In this document: positions 10,533 through 19,329 of the stretch, piece after piece
Position numbering within the stretch: position 1 is the first letter of the stretch
Layout: each line of letters begins with the position of its first letter
Origin: Syntrophobacterales bacterium
Lineage (GTDB): Bacteria; Desulfobacterota; Syntrophia; Syntrophales; UBA2210
Length of the DNA stretch: 64,000 nt
Direction: 5' to 3'
Assembly: GCA_018433345.1 (NCBI GenBank)
Contig: JAHDRK010000013.1
Span: forward strand, 7,482 to 71,481
Notes under the pieces: model-generated
Database searches by the model: none
Seen by the model: the letters and a program-made list of their open reading frames with translations, nothing else
What the model was told of the DNA's origin: nothing
Program-made: the position numbers and the translations under genes

Positions 10533-11986
10533 AGGAAAGAACAGGCACTACGGGTCTTGTATTCAACGAACCCCTACTTTGGGAAATGGGACGTACCGGG
10601 CGTTCGGGCATGTCCCCGCCCCCGCGCGACGTCGAACCGGCGGAAGTATGTGAAGAACTCCAGGGAAAAGGTCCGGATTTCCCCGATCTGTCGGAACCGG
10701 AAGTGGTCCGCCACTACACGAGACTTTCGCAGTGGAACTTCGGAGTCGATTCGGGCATGTATCCCCTGGGATCGTGCACCATGAAGTACAACCCCAAGAC
10801 AAACGAAAGGCAGGCCGCCCGAAAGGGTTTTGCCTCGGCGCATCCCCTGCTCCCCGACGAGCTTTCGCAGGGCGCCCTTCGCCTCATGGCGGAACTGGAA
10901 CGATGCCTCGCCCAAATAACGGGGATGGACGCCGGCACGCTGCAACCCGCGGCAGGCGCCCAGGGGGAACTCACGGGCATGTTGATTATCCACCGGTGGT
11001 TCGAAAACCGGGACGACCGTCGGACAAAAATAATCGTTCCCGACACAGCCCACGGCACAAACCCAGCGAGCGCAGCTCTCTGCGGTTTCAGGGCCTTGGC
11101 GGCGAGATCCGGTCCCCATGGCATCCTCCTTCCGGAAACCATCGAAGAGCTCATGGACGACGAGACGGCGGGCGTCATGGTGACCAACCCCAACACCTTG
11201 GGGCTTTTCGAGGAAAACATGGAAGAGATATCCCGCATCGTCCACGAACGTGGCGGGCTGGTCTATTGCGACGGCGCGAACATGAACGCCCTCATGGGTC
11301 TGGTGGACATGGCCTCCACCGGCATCGACATACTTCATCTCAATCTTCACAAGACCTTCTCCACGCCCCACGGCGGCGGGGGACCCGGATCCGGGCCGGT
11401 CATGGTCAGGAAAGAACTGGAGCCCTTCCTCCCCGTTCCCCGGGTCGTTGAAGACGAATCGGGCGCGCTTCGCCTATCCGAAAACCATCCCCTGTCCATC
11501 GGAAAGGTTCACACCTTTTACGGCAATTTCGGCGTCATGGTAAAGGCCTTGAGTTATATACTGAGCATGGGACCCAACCTGAAACGGGCGAGTGAACTGG
11601 CGGTGTTGAATGCCAATTATATCAAGGAACTTCTCAAGGATACCTATCACCTGCCCTACGACAGGACCTGCATGCACGAATGCGTATTCACCGACGCTCT
11701 CCAGCAGTCCTACGGCGTAACGACCCTCGACATCTCCAAGCGGCTCATGGACTATGGTTTTCACCCGCCGACCATCTACTTCCCCCTTGTCGTCAAGGGC
11801 GCCCTCATGATCGAGCCCACGGAAACGGAATCGAAGGAAACCATCGACACTTTCATCGAATCCATGCGATCCATCGCCAGGGAAGCGCGGGAGGAACCCG
11901 ACCTTCTGTTGAACGCCCCGCATTACTGCAAAACCGAGCGGCTCGACGAAACGGGAGCGGCCAGGAAACCCTGCCTTGCGGGATGA
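10529..11986 (+). CDS. gcvPB: Glycine dehydrogenase (decarboxylating) subunit 2
   Basis: PLP-lysine motif LNLHKTFSTPHGGGGPG. Start chosen at ATG 10529, an ATGA overlap with the gcvPA stop. The track ORF start at 10436 lies inside gcvPA. Confidence 0.93.
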   Translation: MKERTGTTGLVFNEPLLWEMGRTGRSGMSPPPRDVEPAEVCEELQGKGPDFPDLSEPEVVRHYTRLSQWNFGVDSGMYPLGSCTMKYNPKTNERQAARKGFASAHPLLPDELSQGALRLMAELERCLAQITGMDAGTLQPAAGAQGELTGMLIIHRWFENRDDRRTKIIVPDTAHGTNPASAALCGFRALAARSGPHGILLPETIEELMDDETAGVMVTNPNTLGLFEENMEEISRIVHERGGLVYCDGANMNALMGLVDMASTGIDILHLNLHKTFSTPHGGGGPGSGPVMVRKELEPFLPVPRVVEDESGALRLSENHPLSIGKVHTFYGNFGVMVKALSYILSMGPNLKRASELAVLNANYIKELLKDTYHLPYDRTCMHECVFTDALQQSYGVTTLDISKRLMDYGFHPPTIYFPLVVKGALMIEPTETESKETIDTFIESMRSIAREAREEPDLLLNAPHYCKTERLDETGAARKPCLAG

Positions 11987-12029
11987 GGATCCCCACGCCT
12001 CCACCCGCGGACATGAAAGGGCAGGTAAA

Positions 12030-13322
12030 ATGGCAACCTCTCGACTCTCATATAGACAATTCCGATGGCTCTTTCTCGGCATCATAGGGACCCTTTACTT
12101 TCTCACCTGCCTGCACAGGATGTCGCCGGCGGTTATCGCGCGTGACCTTGCCCTCTCCTTCAACGCCGATGCCGTGGCCCTGGGAGTGATTTCCTCGACC
12201 TATTTCTACTGCTATTCCGCCGCCCAGCCCGTGGTGGGATACCTATCGGACACGATAGGACCCCGTCGCGTCATGACGATCTTTTTCGGCATGGCCGCCC
12301 TGGGATCGCTCATCTTCGCCCTGGCGCCCAACACGGCGGTCGCGGCATTCGGCAGGGCCCTCGTGGGAGCTGGCGTGGGCGGCGTATTCATCCCCGGCTT
12401 AAAACTTTTTTCCGCCTGGTACAGGTCCAACGAGTTTTCCGCTCTCACGGGCATGATGATCGCCGTGGGGGGCCTGGCGGGACTCTCGGCCACCCTTCCT
12501 CTCACACTTGTCGCCGTTCGAATAGGTTGGCGGTCCACCTTCGTCGGGATCGCAGTTCTTTCCTTCGTCCTGGTTGCCCTGTGCTGGATCATCATTCGAG
12601 ACAGACCCGAAGAAAAGGGCTGGCAGGCGATACCGGGCGGTGGGAACGCCCCTTCCGGGGAAAGCGACGGAAAGGCTGAACAATCCCTTGGACGGCGCCT
12701 CGGCCTCGTCTTCAGCAATGCCGACTTCTGGAAGATATCACTTGCAACCTTCTTTACGTCCGGTGTTTCTCTAACCTTCCAGGGTCTTTGGGGGGTCCCG
12801 TACCTGATGGACGTTTTCGATTTCGACCGGTTGAGGGCAGGCCGTTACATCATGCTGTTTCCCCTTGGATTCGCCATGGGAGGTCCGGTTGTCGGTTCAA
12901 TCATGGGCAGATCGCAACTGGATCCCCGAAAGACACTCATGAGCATGGTGACCTGCGCGCTTGCCGGCTGGACGGTGATTTTCTTCATAGGCGACAAGGA
13001 CGTGCTTCCCATCGTGGCCTGCCTGTTATTCCTCTTCGGTTTCACCGCCGGGGGGACGCTTCCCGTTTCATTCACCCTGACCCGCGACCTCTTCCCGAGC
13101 CAAGTCATGGGCACCGCGGTGGGACTGATGAACACAGCGCCCTTCCTTGGAGCCGCGGTCTATCAGCCCTTCACGGGATTCATCCTAAGCCGCGCGCCGG
13201 CGCCGATGCCGGAATCGTACAGCCAGGCGGCCTACAGGAACCTCCTTATTTTATTCATACTGTCGAACGCAATCGCCCTAGCCGCGGCGTCGTTGCTGAA
13301 ATACAGGGCGCGAAGGGGCTAG
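12030..13322 (+). CDS. MFS transporter
   Basis: Polytopic hydrophobic protein. Start taken at MATSRLSYRQFRWLFLGIIG, since the track start 11976 overlaps the gcvPB end. Confidence 0.8.
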   Translation: MATSRLSYRQFRWLFLGIIGTLYFLTCLHRMSPAVIARDLALSFNADAVALGVISSTYFYCYSAAQPVVGYLSDTIGPRRVMTIFFGMAALGSLIFALAPNTAVAAFGRALVGAGVGGVFIPGLKLFSAWYRSNEFSALTGMMIAVGGLAGLSATLPLTLVAVRIGWRSTFVGIAVLSFVLVALCWIIIRDRPEEKGWQAIPGGGNAPSGESDGKAEQSLGRRLGLVFSNADFWKISLATFFTSGVSLTFQGLWGVPYLMDVFDFDRLRAGRYIMLFPLGFAMGGPVVGSIMGRSQLDPRKTLMSMVTCALAGWTVIFFIGDKDVLPIVACLLFLFGFTAGGTLPVSFTLTRDLFPSQVMGTAVGLMNTAPFLGAAVYQPFTGFILSRAPAPMPESYSQAAYRNLLILFILSNAIALAAASLLKYRARRG

Positions 13323-13355
13323 GGGTGCGGCCTTGCCGCAGGTGAGGGGTAAAGT

Positions 13356-13500
13356 GGGAACCGTTACCGAAAAAATCTTGATTCGCCCTTCGGAATCATG
13401 GCCGCTCTCTTCGCCTGTTCGTTGACAGAATGAAGTTGGGTGCAAGAAGTATAATTGGACCTCTGTTCATCCTAAGCCTATCGAAGGATGGGGAGGGGGA
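13356..13500. repeat. ~145-bp dispersed intergenic repeat, copy A (partner at 20549-20700)
   Basis: GGGAACCGTTACCGAAAAAATCTTGATTCGCCCTTCGGAATCA.GGCCGCTCTCTTCGCCTGTTCGTTGA.AGAATGAAG... is shared with copy B at roughly 90% identity by eye. It ends in a CATCCT..AGGATG hairpin module. Confidence 0.85.
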
Positions 13501-13590
13501 AGCCGGCAAGGGATAAAGGACGGGGTACGGGCGAAGCCCGGTGCAAGTTCCCTTTTGTAAAGGGGGATTTAGGGGGATTTCAAAAAAACC

Positions 13591-14466
13591 GTGAAAAACA
13601 ACCACCACTCACCAAAGCCACGCTGGCTCCGGCAGAACCTCCTGACCGGCGCAGGATATGAACGGACCCGGGCGCTCCTGCGCCGGGAGGGACTCACCAC
13701 CGTCTGCCGCGAGGCGCGCTGTCCCAACATCCGTGAATGCTTCTCTCGACACACGGCAACCCTCATGATCCTGGGCGACCGCTGCACGCGGGACTGCCGG
13801 TTCTGTGCCGTGGCGACAGGGACGCCGAACCGGCCCGACTGGAACGAACCGGCGCGTGTGGCCCGGGCCGCGAAAGAAATGAACCTCCGGTACGTGGTGG
13901 TCACCTCAGTGACCAGGGACGACCTTCCCGACGGAGGCGCGTCTCTCTTCGCCGCCGTCATAAGGGCCGTCAAGGAGGCCTCTCCGGGAGCGGCGGTGGA
14001 GGTGCTCGTCCCCGACTTCGCGGGCGACCGGGAGGCCCTCGATACGGTCCTGGAGGCCGGACCGGCGGTGCTCAACCACAACGTGGAGACTGTTCCCCGC
14101 CTCTATCCCTCGATTCGCCGCGGCGCGGATTACCGTCGTTCCCTGGCGCTCCTGGAACAGGCCTCCCGCTTCGGCGTGCCAACCAAGACGGGCCTCATGC
14201 TGGGACTGGGCGAGTGGGACTCGGAACTGGAAGAAACGCTGAGAAACGCCCTCGAGGCCGGAGCGCGCATCCTTACCCTGGGACAGTACCTAAAACCGGC
14301 GCCTGACAGAGAACCGGTGTCACGCTATGTCCCGCCTGAAGAATTCGACCGGTGGAAAGACAGGGCCCTCCGGATGGGCTTCGCCGCCGTGGCCTCGGGA
14401 CCTTTCGTGAGAAGCTCCTACGACGCGGCGGGCTTGCGCGACCTGTACCTGCGGAAGGGCACCTGA
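13591..14466 (+). CDS. lipA: Lipoyl synthase
   Basis: CPNIRECF plus radical-SAM CTRDCRFC. GTG start, 291 aa. Confidence 0.95.
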   Translation: MKNNHHSPKPRWLRQNLLTGAGYERTRALLRREGLTTVCREARCPNIRECFSRHTATLMILGDRCTRDCRFCAVATGTPNRPDWNEPARVARAAKEMNLRYVVVTSVTRDDLPDGGASLFAAVIRAVKEASPGAAVEVLVPDFAGDREALDTVLEAGPAVLNHNVETVPRLYPSIRRGADYRRSLALLEQASRFGVPTKTGLMLGLGEWDSELEETLRNALEAGARILTLGQYLKPAPDREPVSRYVPPEEFDRWKDRALRMGFAAVASGPFVRSSYDAAGLRDLYLRKGT

Positions 14467-14735
14467 TTGAACGTTCGGATGCCCGGATAAATCCCCCCGC
14501 CTTCCTCGGTCAGGCATCGTAGGTCCATCTCTCAAGGCGAAAGTAAGGAGTGGTGTCGCCTCTTTTAAAGAAGAACGATCGGACTATTTTACCGGTAAGA
14601 ATGATTCACGGTGAAAAGCCTTCCTCGAAAGAAAACGTCTCGTTCGTATCATCCGGAATAGGCTTCGCCGAAAGACCCGCGCTGTAGGCGCGGAGAACAC
14701 CCCCGGACGGACCGCTCCAGAGTTTTTCAAAAATA

Positions 14736-14773
14736 AAGGGGGACGGCCCTTTCGGGTCATCCCCCTTTTTTTG
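14736..14773. terminator. Bidirectional rho-independent terminator between convergent lipA and the esterase gene
   Basis: GGGGGACGGCCCTTTCGGGTCATCCCCC hairpin, followed by TTTTTTTT on the plus strand and TTTATTTTT on the minus strand. Confidence 0.65.
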
Positions 14774-14873
14774 TTTCATACCGTCCCTCGATGCCGCCGT
14801 GAAGGGAGGCCCCCCAGGCCGCAGCGGAAGCCGCGGCCTGGGGGGGGTAAAGGTTTGGTTATCGACATTTTCA

Positions 14874-16586
14874 TCAATCTGGCGATGATAAATCGTACCA
14901 GAAATCCAGATGGTGGGCGTCGCCAAACTTACCTTCCTCAAAAATTCCCACCACCTCGTCTCCAGTCGGGTGGAGCTTCATGATGCAGCCCCCAACACAT
15001 TCAGGGTCAGAGGAACCAATTTCCGGCCACGTTTCGCCTGCGGGACTGCCGTCCTTGGCAAAGTCCGTCCAGTAACCTATCATCCTGTCGGACAGAGCTT
15101 TCTGTTCCCGTGTCGCTTCAGGATGATCCCGCAGGGTTCCGAATACATACTGGATCTCGAACGAGTGAGAGGCGCCAAGCCCGTACCTGCCGAAGGAAAG
15201 CAAGGGCGACAGAGCGCCGAGCGCCGAGTAGGTTTCATTGATCGGCGCGTCCTCGTCGGTGAACCAGTAACCGTATACGGTTCTCTCATTAGAGGCGATC
15301 TGCCCCCACTGGACGGCATTGCTCACGGTGAAGGTGGCATCGGTCCAGATCATGCTGTAGGCGTTGCGGAAGCGGTTTGGATGAGATTCGCCCCACATCT
15401 CTTTTGCCACGTCGAGATAGTAATCGGCGACGGCACCGGCGACGTCACCTCCACTGGCTGCGAGAAACGCCGCCACTCCGGCACGATACTGCTCTTCAGT
15501 ATTCATATAACCAAAGCCACCGAGGAAGAGCCCCGCGAAAAGGGTGCCTTCGTGCAGGTTGCAGCCGATCATGATGGGGACGTCGGCATACTCGCCCGAC
15601 GAAAGGGCGCCGTCAATCGATTGGGGCAGGAATGTATCCGCTGCGTACACGGGTGTGAACCAGGCCCAACCGAGGGAGTTAAGCTGTGTTCCCATGATTT
15701 CTTCAATGGATAAGCCGCGCAGACATGCCCGCGTCTCTTCATTAGATTCGGTTCCTTTACAGAGATTTGTAAAGGGTGTTCCAAGTAAATAATAACCGAT
15801 ACTCAAATCCATCTGCTCGGGACTGTAGGATCCGCTCTGAACGACGGCCTTGTGAAACAGACCATCAACTATGTCTGACCTGGCCGCCATCAGCGACAAC
15901 ACGCTGTGACCACCGGCGGACTCACCGAAGATTGTCACGTTTTCGGGATCGCCGCCGAAGGCCTCGATATTGTCCTGTACCCATTCCAGTGCCATTACCT
16001 GGTCTTTCAGGCCGAAATTCCCCGTTGGATCCTCGAGCGCAGGGTGCGGCAGGAACCCGAAGGCGTTGAGACGGTAGTTGATGGTCACGACGATGACACC
16101 CTCGCGAACGAGGTCGGGCATGTCGTAGCCCGGGTTGCACGAGGAACCCTGGATATAGGCCCCACCGTGAATCCAGAACATGACGGGGAGACCCTCATCT
16201 TCACCGGTGTCTTCCACTGGAGCGAAGACATTGAGGTAGAGACAATCCTCGCTGCCGCTACCGTCATCCTGGATACATTTGTCGCCGAAAGTCGTTGCGT
16301 CGCGAACACCAGACCAAGGGGTTTCATACTTGACGGGAGGCGCAAAACGCAATGTTCCCACTGGTGGTTCCGCATAGGGAATGCCGCGACAGGCAATCAC
16401 CGTTCCTTCTTTGGCACATCGAATATCGCCCAGTTGCGTTTGGAATACGGGGGAAGATTCCGTCGGCGGCACATAAGTCCAGTCGTCATCGCCGGTACCG
16501 ATAATCGACGCCAGCCCAAGCACAAGCACCGCGAGGACCGCGCAATAACGCAATCCCACCCCTAACTTTTTACGCACTTCTTCCAT
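14874..16586 (-). CDS. Type-B carboxylesterase family protein, secreted or membrane-anchored
   Basis: Nucleophile elbow FGESAGG, oxyanion WIHGGAY, N-terminal hydrophobic signal LRYCAVLAVLVLGLASIIG. Start at ATG 16586 with SD AGGAGG. The track start 16640 adds 18 unsupported residues. Confidence 0.85.
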   Translation of the reverse strand: MEEVRKKLGVGLRYCAVLAVLVLGLASIIGTGDDDWTYVPPTESSPVFQTQLGDIRCAKEGTVIACRGIPYAEPPVGTLRFAPPVKYETPWSGVRDATTFGDKCIQDDGSGSEDCLYLNVFAPVEDTGEDEGLPVMFWIHGGAYIQGSSCNPGYDMPDLVREGVIVVTINYRLNAFGFLPHPALEDPTGNFGLKDQVMALEWVQDNIEAFGGDPENVTIFGESAGGHSVLSLMAARSDIVDGLFHKAVVQSGSYSPEQMDLSIGYYLLGTPFTNLCKGTESNEETRACLRGLSIEEIMGTQLNSLGWAWFTPVYAADTFLPQSIDGALSSGEYADVPIMIGCNLHEGTLFAGLFLGGFGYMNTEEQYRAGVAAFLAASGGDVAGAVADYYLDVAKEMWGESHPNRFRNAYSMIWTDATFTVSNAVQWGQIASNERTVYGYWFTDEDAPINETYSALGALSPLLSFGRYGLGASHSFEIQYVFGTLRDHPEATREQKALSDRMIGYWTDFAKDGSPAGETWPEIGSSDPECVGGCIMKLHPTGDEVVGIFEEGKFGDAHHLDFWYDLSSPD

Positions 16587-16826
16587 AAACGATTCCTCCT
16601 TTGTTTGTGTGTAACTCTCTTGTTTGCCTGTGATTCTCATTGCGGGTGCATTTATAAAACGCTTTTCCCGTCACGAAGCACGGGACAAGACGGTTGCACG
16701 AAGTCACGTTGGAAATACTTCAACTTGTCTTGCACTCGAAATATCTTTGGGAATCGGTTGGAAAAAAAGGAATCAGGCGAGCTCCATTGGCATGAGGCGC
16801 CAAGCGTGTTGCATTTTGGATGCTGA

Positions 16827-16854
16827 GGATAGTGGAGAACGGATAGTGGAGAAC
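16827..16854. repeat. Perfect 14-bp tandem duplication (GGATAGTGGAGAAC x2)
   Basis: Read directly. It lies about 240-270 bp upstream of the esterase start. Confidence 0.9.
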
Positions 16855-17136
16855 GTTGGTTTGCTTTTAGGCGAAATCCCTGTCGCTGTCAAGAAAAATT
16901 GTCTATGTATCCCAACGAAGCGTATCGAGATTTTGGTGGTGTAGGTTGTTTTTTACGGTGTTTGTCCTTACCCTGTCGAAGTCCAAGCCGTGACAAAAAC
17001 CGTTCGCACCAAGCCCTTCGATAAGGCTCAGGATAAACGGGTGTTGTGGGTTTGGGATGAACGGGGGGGATACAGGATTCATGATGAACGGGGTGTGGTT
17101 ATATTCACCTTGCCCCCCTTACCTGTGACTTTTTTA

Positions 17137-17165
17137 CCAAATGTCAAGTTTAAAGATTTGACCCC
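17137..17165. repeat. 29-nt conserved element CCAAATGTCAAGTTTAAAGATTTGACCCC, copy 1
   Basis: Identical to 33312-33340. It contains the GTCAA-N10-TTGAC inverted repeat and lies 6 nt from the stop codon of the minus-strand SDR gene. Confidence 0.9.
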
Positions 17166-17171
17166 ATCTGA

Positions 17172-17939
17172 TCAGGGCCGGATCCCGTGCCCTCCGGCTA
17201 TTACAACTTCCTTGCCCGTTATGAAGGCGGCGTCGTCGGAACAGAGGGTGAGGACCGCACCGGCGATCTCTTCGGGCTTACCCAACCGACCGATGGGTAT
17301 CGTAAATATAAGGGCGTCTTTCGCCGCGGGGTTATGGTCGAATATCTTCTGCGACATGGCCGTCTCGATGAAGCCGGGACAAACGGCGTTAACGCGGACC
17401 TTGCGGTGAGCCACTTCCAGCGCAGCCGCCTTGGTCAGCCCCAGTATGGCGTGCTTGCCGGCGCTGTATATAGACAGGCCGTCGTTACACCGCACGCCGA
17501 GAATGGAGGAGTTGTTGACGATGCACCCCCCGCCTTCTTTGCGTATCATTGGGATTTCGTATTTCATGCAGAGCCAGATGCCTCGGAGGTTCGTCTTCAT
17601 GATGGTGTCCCACTCCTCCAGCGTGGCGTTTGCGGTGCGCCTTATCATGACGCTCGTCCCCGCGTTGTTGAAGGCGTGGTTCAACCGGCCGTGGCGTTCA
17701 CCGATGGCCGCGAAAAGCGCTTCCACCTGTTCGGGCTCCGTTACATCGGTCCTGATGAACTCGGCGTCTCCGCCCTTCTGTTTTATTGTTTCCACGACTT
17801 CGTTCCCGAGGTTTTCACGGCGCGCGGCTATGACGACCGTGGCGCCCTCCGCGGCAAAGGCAAGGGCCGTGGCCTTCCCGATGCCCGAGTTCCCCCCCGT
17901 TACCAACACGATTTTATCTTCGAATCTGCGCTCTTTCAC
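17172..17939 (-). CDS. SDR family oxidoreductase
   Basis: VTGGNSGIGKA, NNAG, YSAGK. GTG start with SD GAGGAG 9 nt upstream. Confidence 0.9.
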   Translation of the reverse strand: MKERRFEDKIVLVTGGNSGIGKATALAFAAEGATVVIAARRENLGNEVVETIKQKGGDAEFIRTDVTEPEQVEALFAAIGERHGRLNHAFNNAGTSVMIRRTANATLEEWDTIMKTNLRGIWLCMKYEIPMIRKEGGGCIVNNSSILGVRCNDGLSIYSAGKHAILGLTKAAALEVAHRKVRVNAVCPGFIETAMSQKIFDHNPAAKDALIFTIPIGRLGKPEEIAGAVLTLCSDDAAFITGKEVVIAGGHGIRP

Positions 17940-18013
17940 TTTTCAGATCTCCTCGCTCTCTATCCTCCCGCGGACCAGACGCGGGGTCTTTTTCGGTTTT
18001 TCCCGCTATATGC

Positions 18014-18814
18014 CTATATCGACTGCCCCCCGTCGACGACAATTTCCTTGCCGATCATGTAACTTGCTTCGTCGGAACACATCCAGAGGATGATTCCTGA
18101 AACCTCCCGGGGTTCGCCGATACGCTTCATGGCCGTGTTCGCGATCACCATCTCGTACATGTTTGGAATGAATTGTGACGCCCTTTCAAGGATTTCCGTC
18201 TGGATCGGTCCGGGACAGACGGCATTGATGCGGATGTTTTTCTTCGCGTACTCGTAGGCCGCCGTCCGAGTCAGCCCCAGTATGGCGTGCTTGCTGGCAC
18301 AGTAGTGAGAAAGCCCGTAGTCGGCGGTAAACCCCAGGATGGAAGCCGTATTTACGATAACGCCTCCGCCCTGCGCGAGCATCTGCTTGATCTCCTGTTT
18401 CATGCACAACCAGGTTCCACGGGCGTTCGTCTCAATCACAGCGTCCCATTCTTCAACGGTCGTCTTCGCCACTGTGGGGATATGGGGGTGAGACATGCCG
18501 GCGTTGTTAACGGCGATATCGAGGCGGCAGTACTTTTCCAGAATTTTCTCGAAGAGGTTGTCGATATCGCCGGGATTTCTGATGTCGGTCCTGATAAAAC
18601 AGGCTTCACCGCCGTCCTTGATGATTTGATCCACCAGTTCGGCGCCCCGTTCTTCACGGCGGGCGGCCGTCACAACCTTGGCCCCCTCGCCCGCGAATGC
18701 CAGCGCGGTCGCCCGCCCGATCCCGGAGGTCGTCCCGGTGACAAGAACCACTTTGTCTGAAAACCGTTTCTTTTCCACTCCTTCAGCTCCTTTTTTTTGT
18801 TTTGTTAACGGCAC
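18014..18814 (-). CDS. SDR family oxidoreductase (paralog of the preceding gene)
   Basis: VTGTTSGIGRA, NNAG, YCASK. The start is either GTG 18814 or, by alignment with the paralog (VEKKRFSDKVVLVTG) and an upstream AAGGAG, GTG 18778. Confidence 0.88.
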   Translation of the reverse strand: MPLTKQKKGAEGVEKKRFSDKVVLVTGTTSGIGRATALAFAGEGAKVVTAARREERGAELVDQIIKDGGEACFIRTDIRNPGDIDNLFEKILEKYCRLDIAVNNAGMSHPHIPTVAKTTVEEWDAVIETNARGTWLCMKQEIKQMLAQGGGVIVNTASILGFTADYGLSHYCASKHAILGLTRTAAYEYAKKNIRINAVCPGPIQTEILERASQFIPNMYEMVIANTAMKRIGEPREVSGIILWMCSDEASYMIGKEIVVDGGQSI

Positions 18815-19281
18815 CTACCTGCGGTTTCCACCTTCGTCGCTCCGGCCGTATAATCGTTACCCTGTCCGCCCGCTCCGACTTAGTTGCCGGCAATGCAACC
18901 CGGCACAAGTGGACCCGTCCTCACCGTTCCCGAATGAAATTCAGGTGACGTGTCCAGCCATGTTCAGCCCTCATTACCACATTTGACCTTTTGAAGACAA
19001 GCACCTGCGGCACCTATAACGAATGTCCCTGCTTACCGCGAGGAGGGCGGACAATGGAATTGTACTCAGGATGCGCAGGCGGCGTACCTGAATGAGACCA
19101 AGCGGGCGAAGGCGGTGGGATGTATGCCACGTAAAGGGTTTGATTGTCGTCGGCGCCGCCCCTTTCTCGACCCGTCCCACGGCCTCTTTTCAAAAAGGAA
19201 GGAGTTGAATTTCGAGTCCGTTATCAAGATAACGGTGATCCTGAGCGGAGTCAAAGGGACAAATCTGAAAGCCGGAACGAA

Positions 19282-19305
19282 GGACAGGGCGCCTCCGCCC
19301 TGTCC
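19282..19305. terminator. GC-rich hairpin 25 nt downstream of the bacterioferritin-like gene
   Basis: GGACAGGGCG-cctc-CGCCCTGTCC. A T-rich tract (TTCGTTTGCTTTTTT) follows on the plus strand, and a weaker T content follows on the minus strand. Confidence 0.5.
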
Positions 19306-19329
19306 TTCGTTTGCTTTTTTGACGATTGT

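Noticed and set aside
13561-13580. Tandem AGGGGGATTT x2 considered as a mini CRISPR or other array
   Set aside because: There are only two 10-bp units with no spacers. No cas genes or further repeats are present.
16990-17409. 139-aa ORF (..KPFDKAQDKRVLWVWDERGG..), and similarly the ORFs at 13396..13608- and 20110..20574+
   Set aside because: They are translations of the dispersed intergenic repeat modules or run antisense to the SDR gene. They have no RBS and a repeat-derived peptide pattern.
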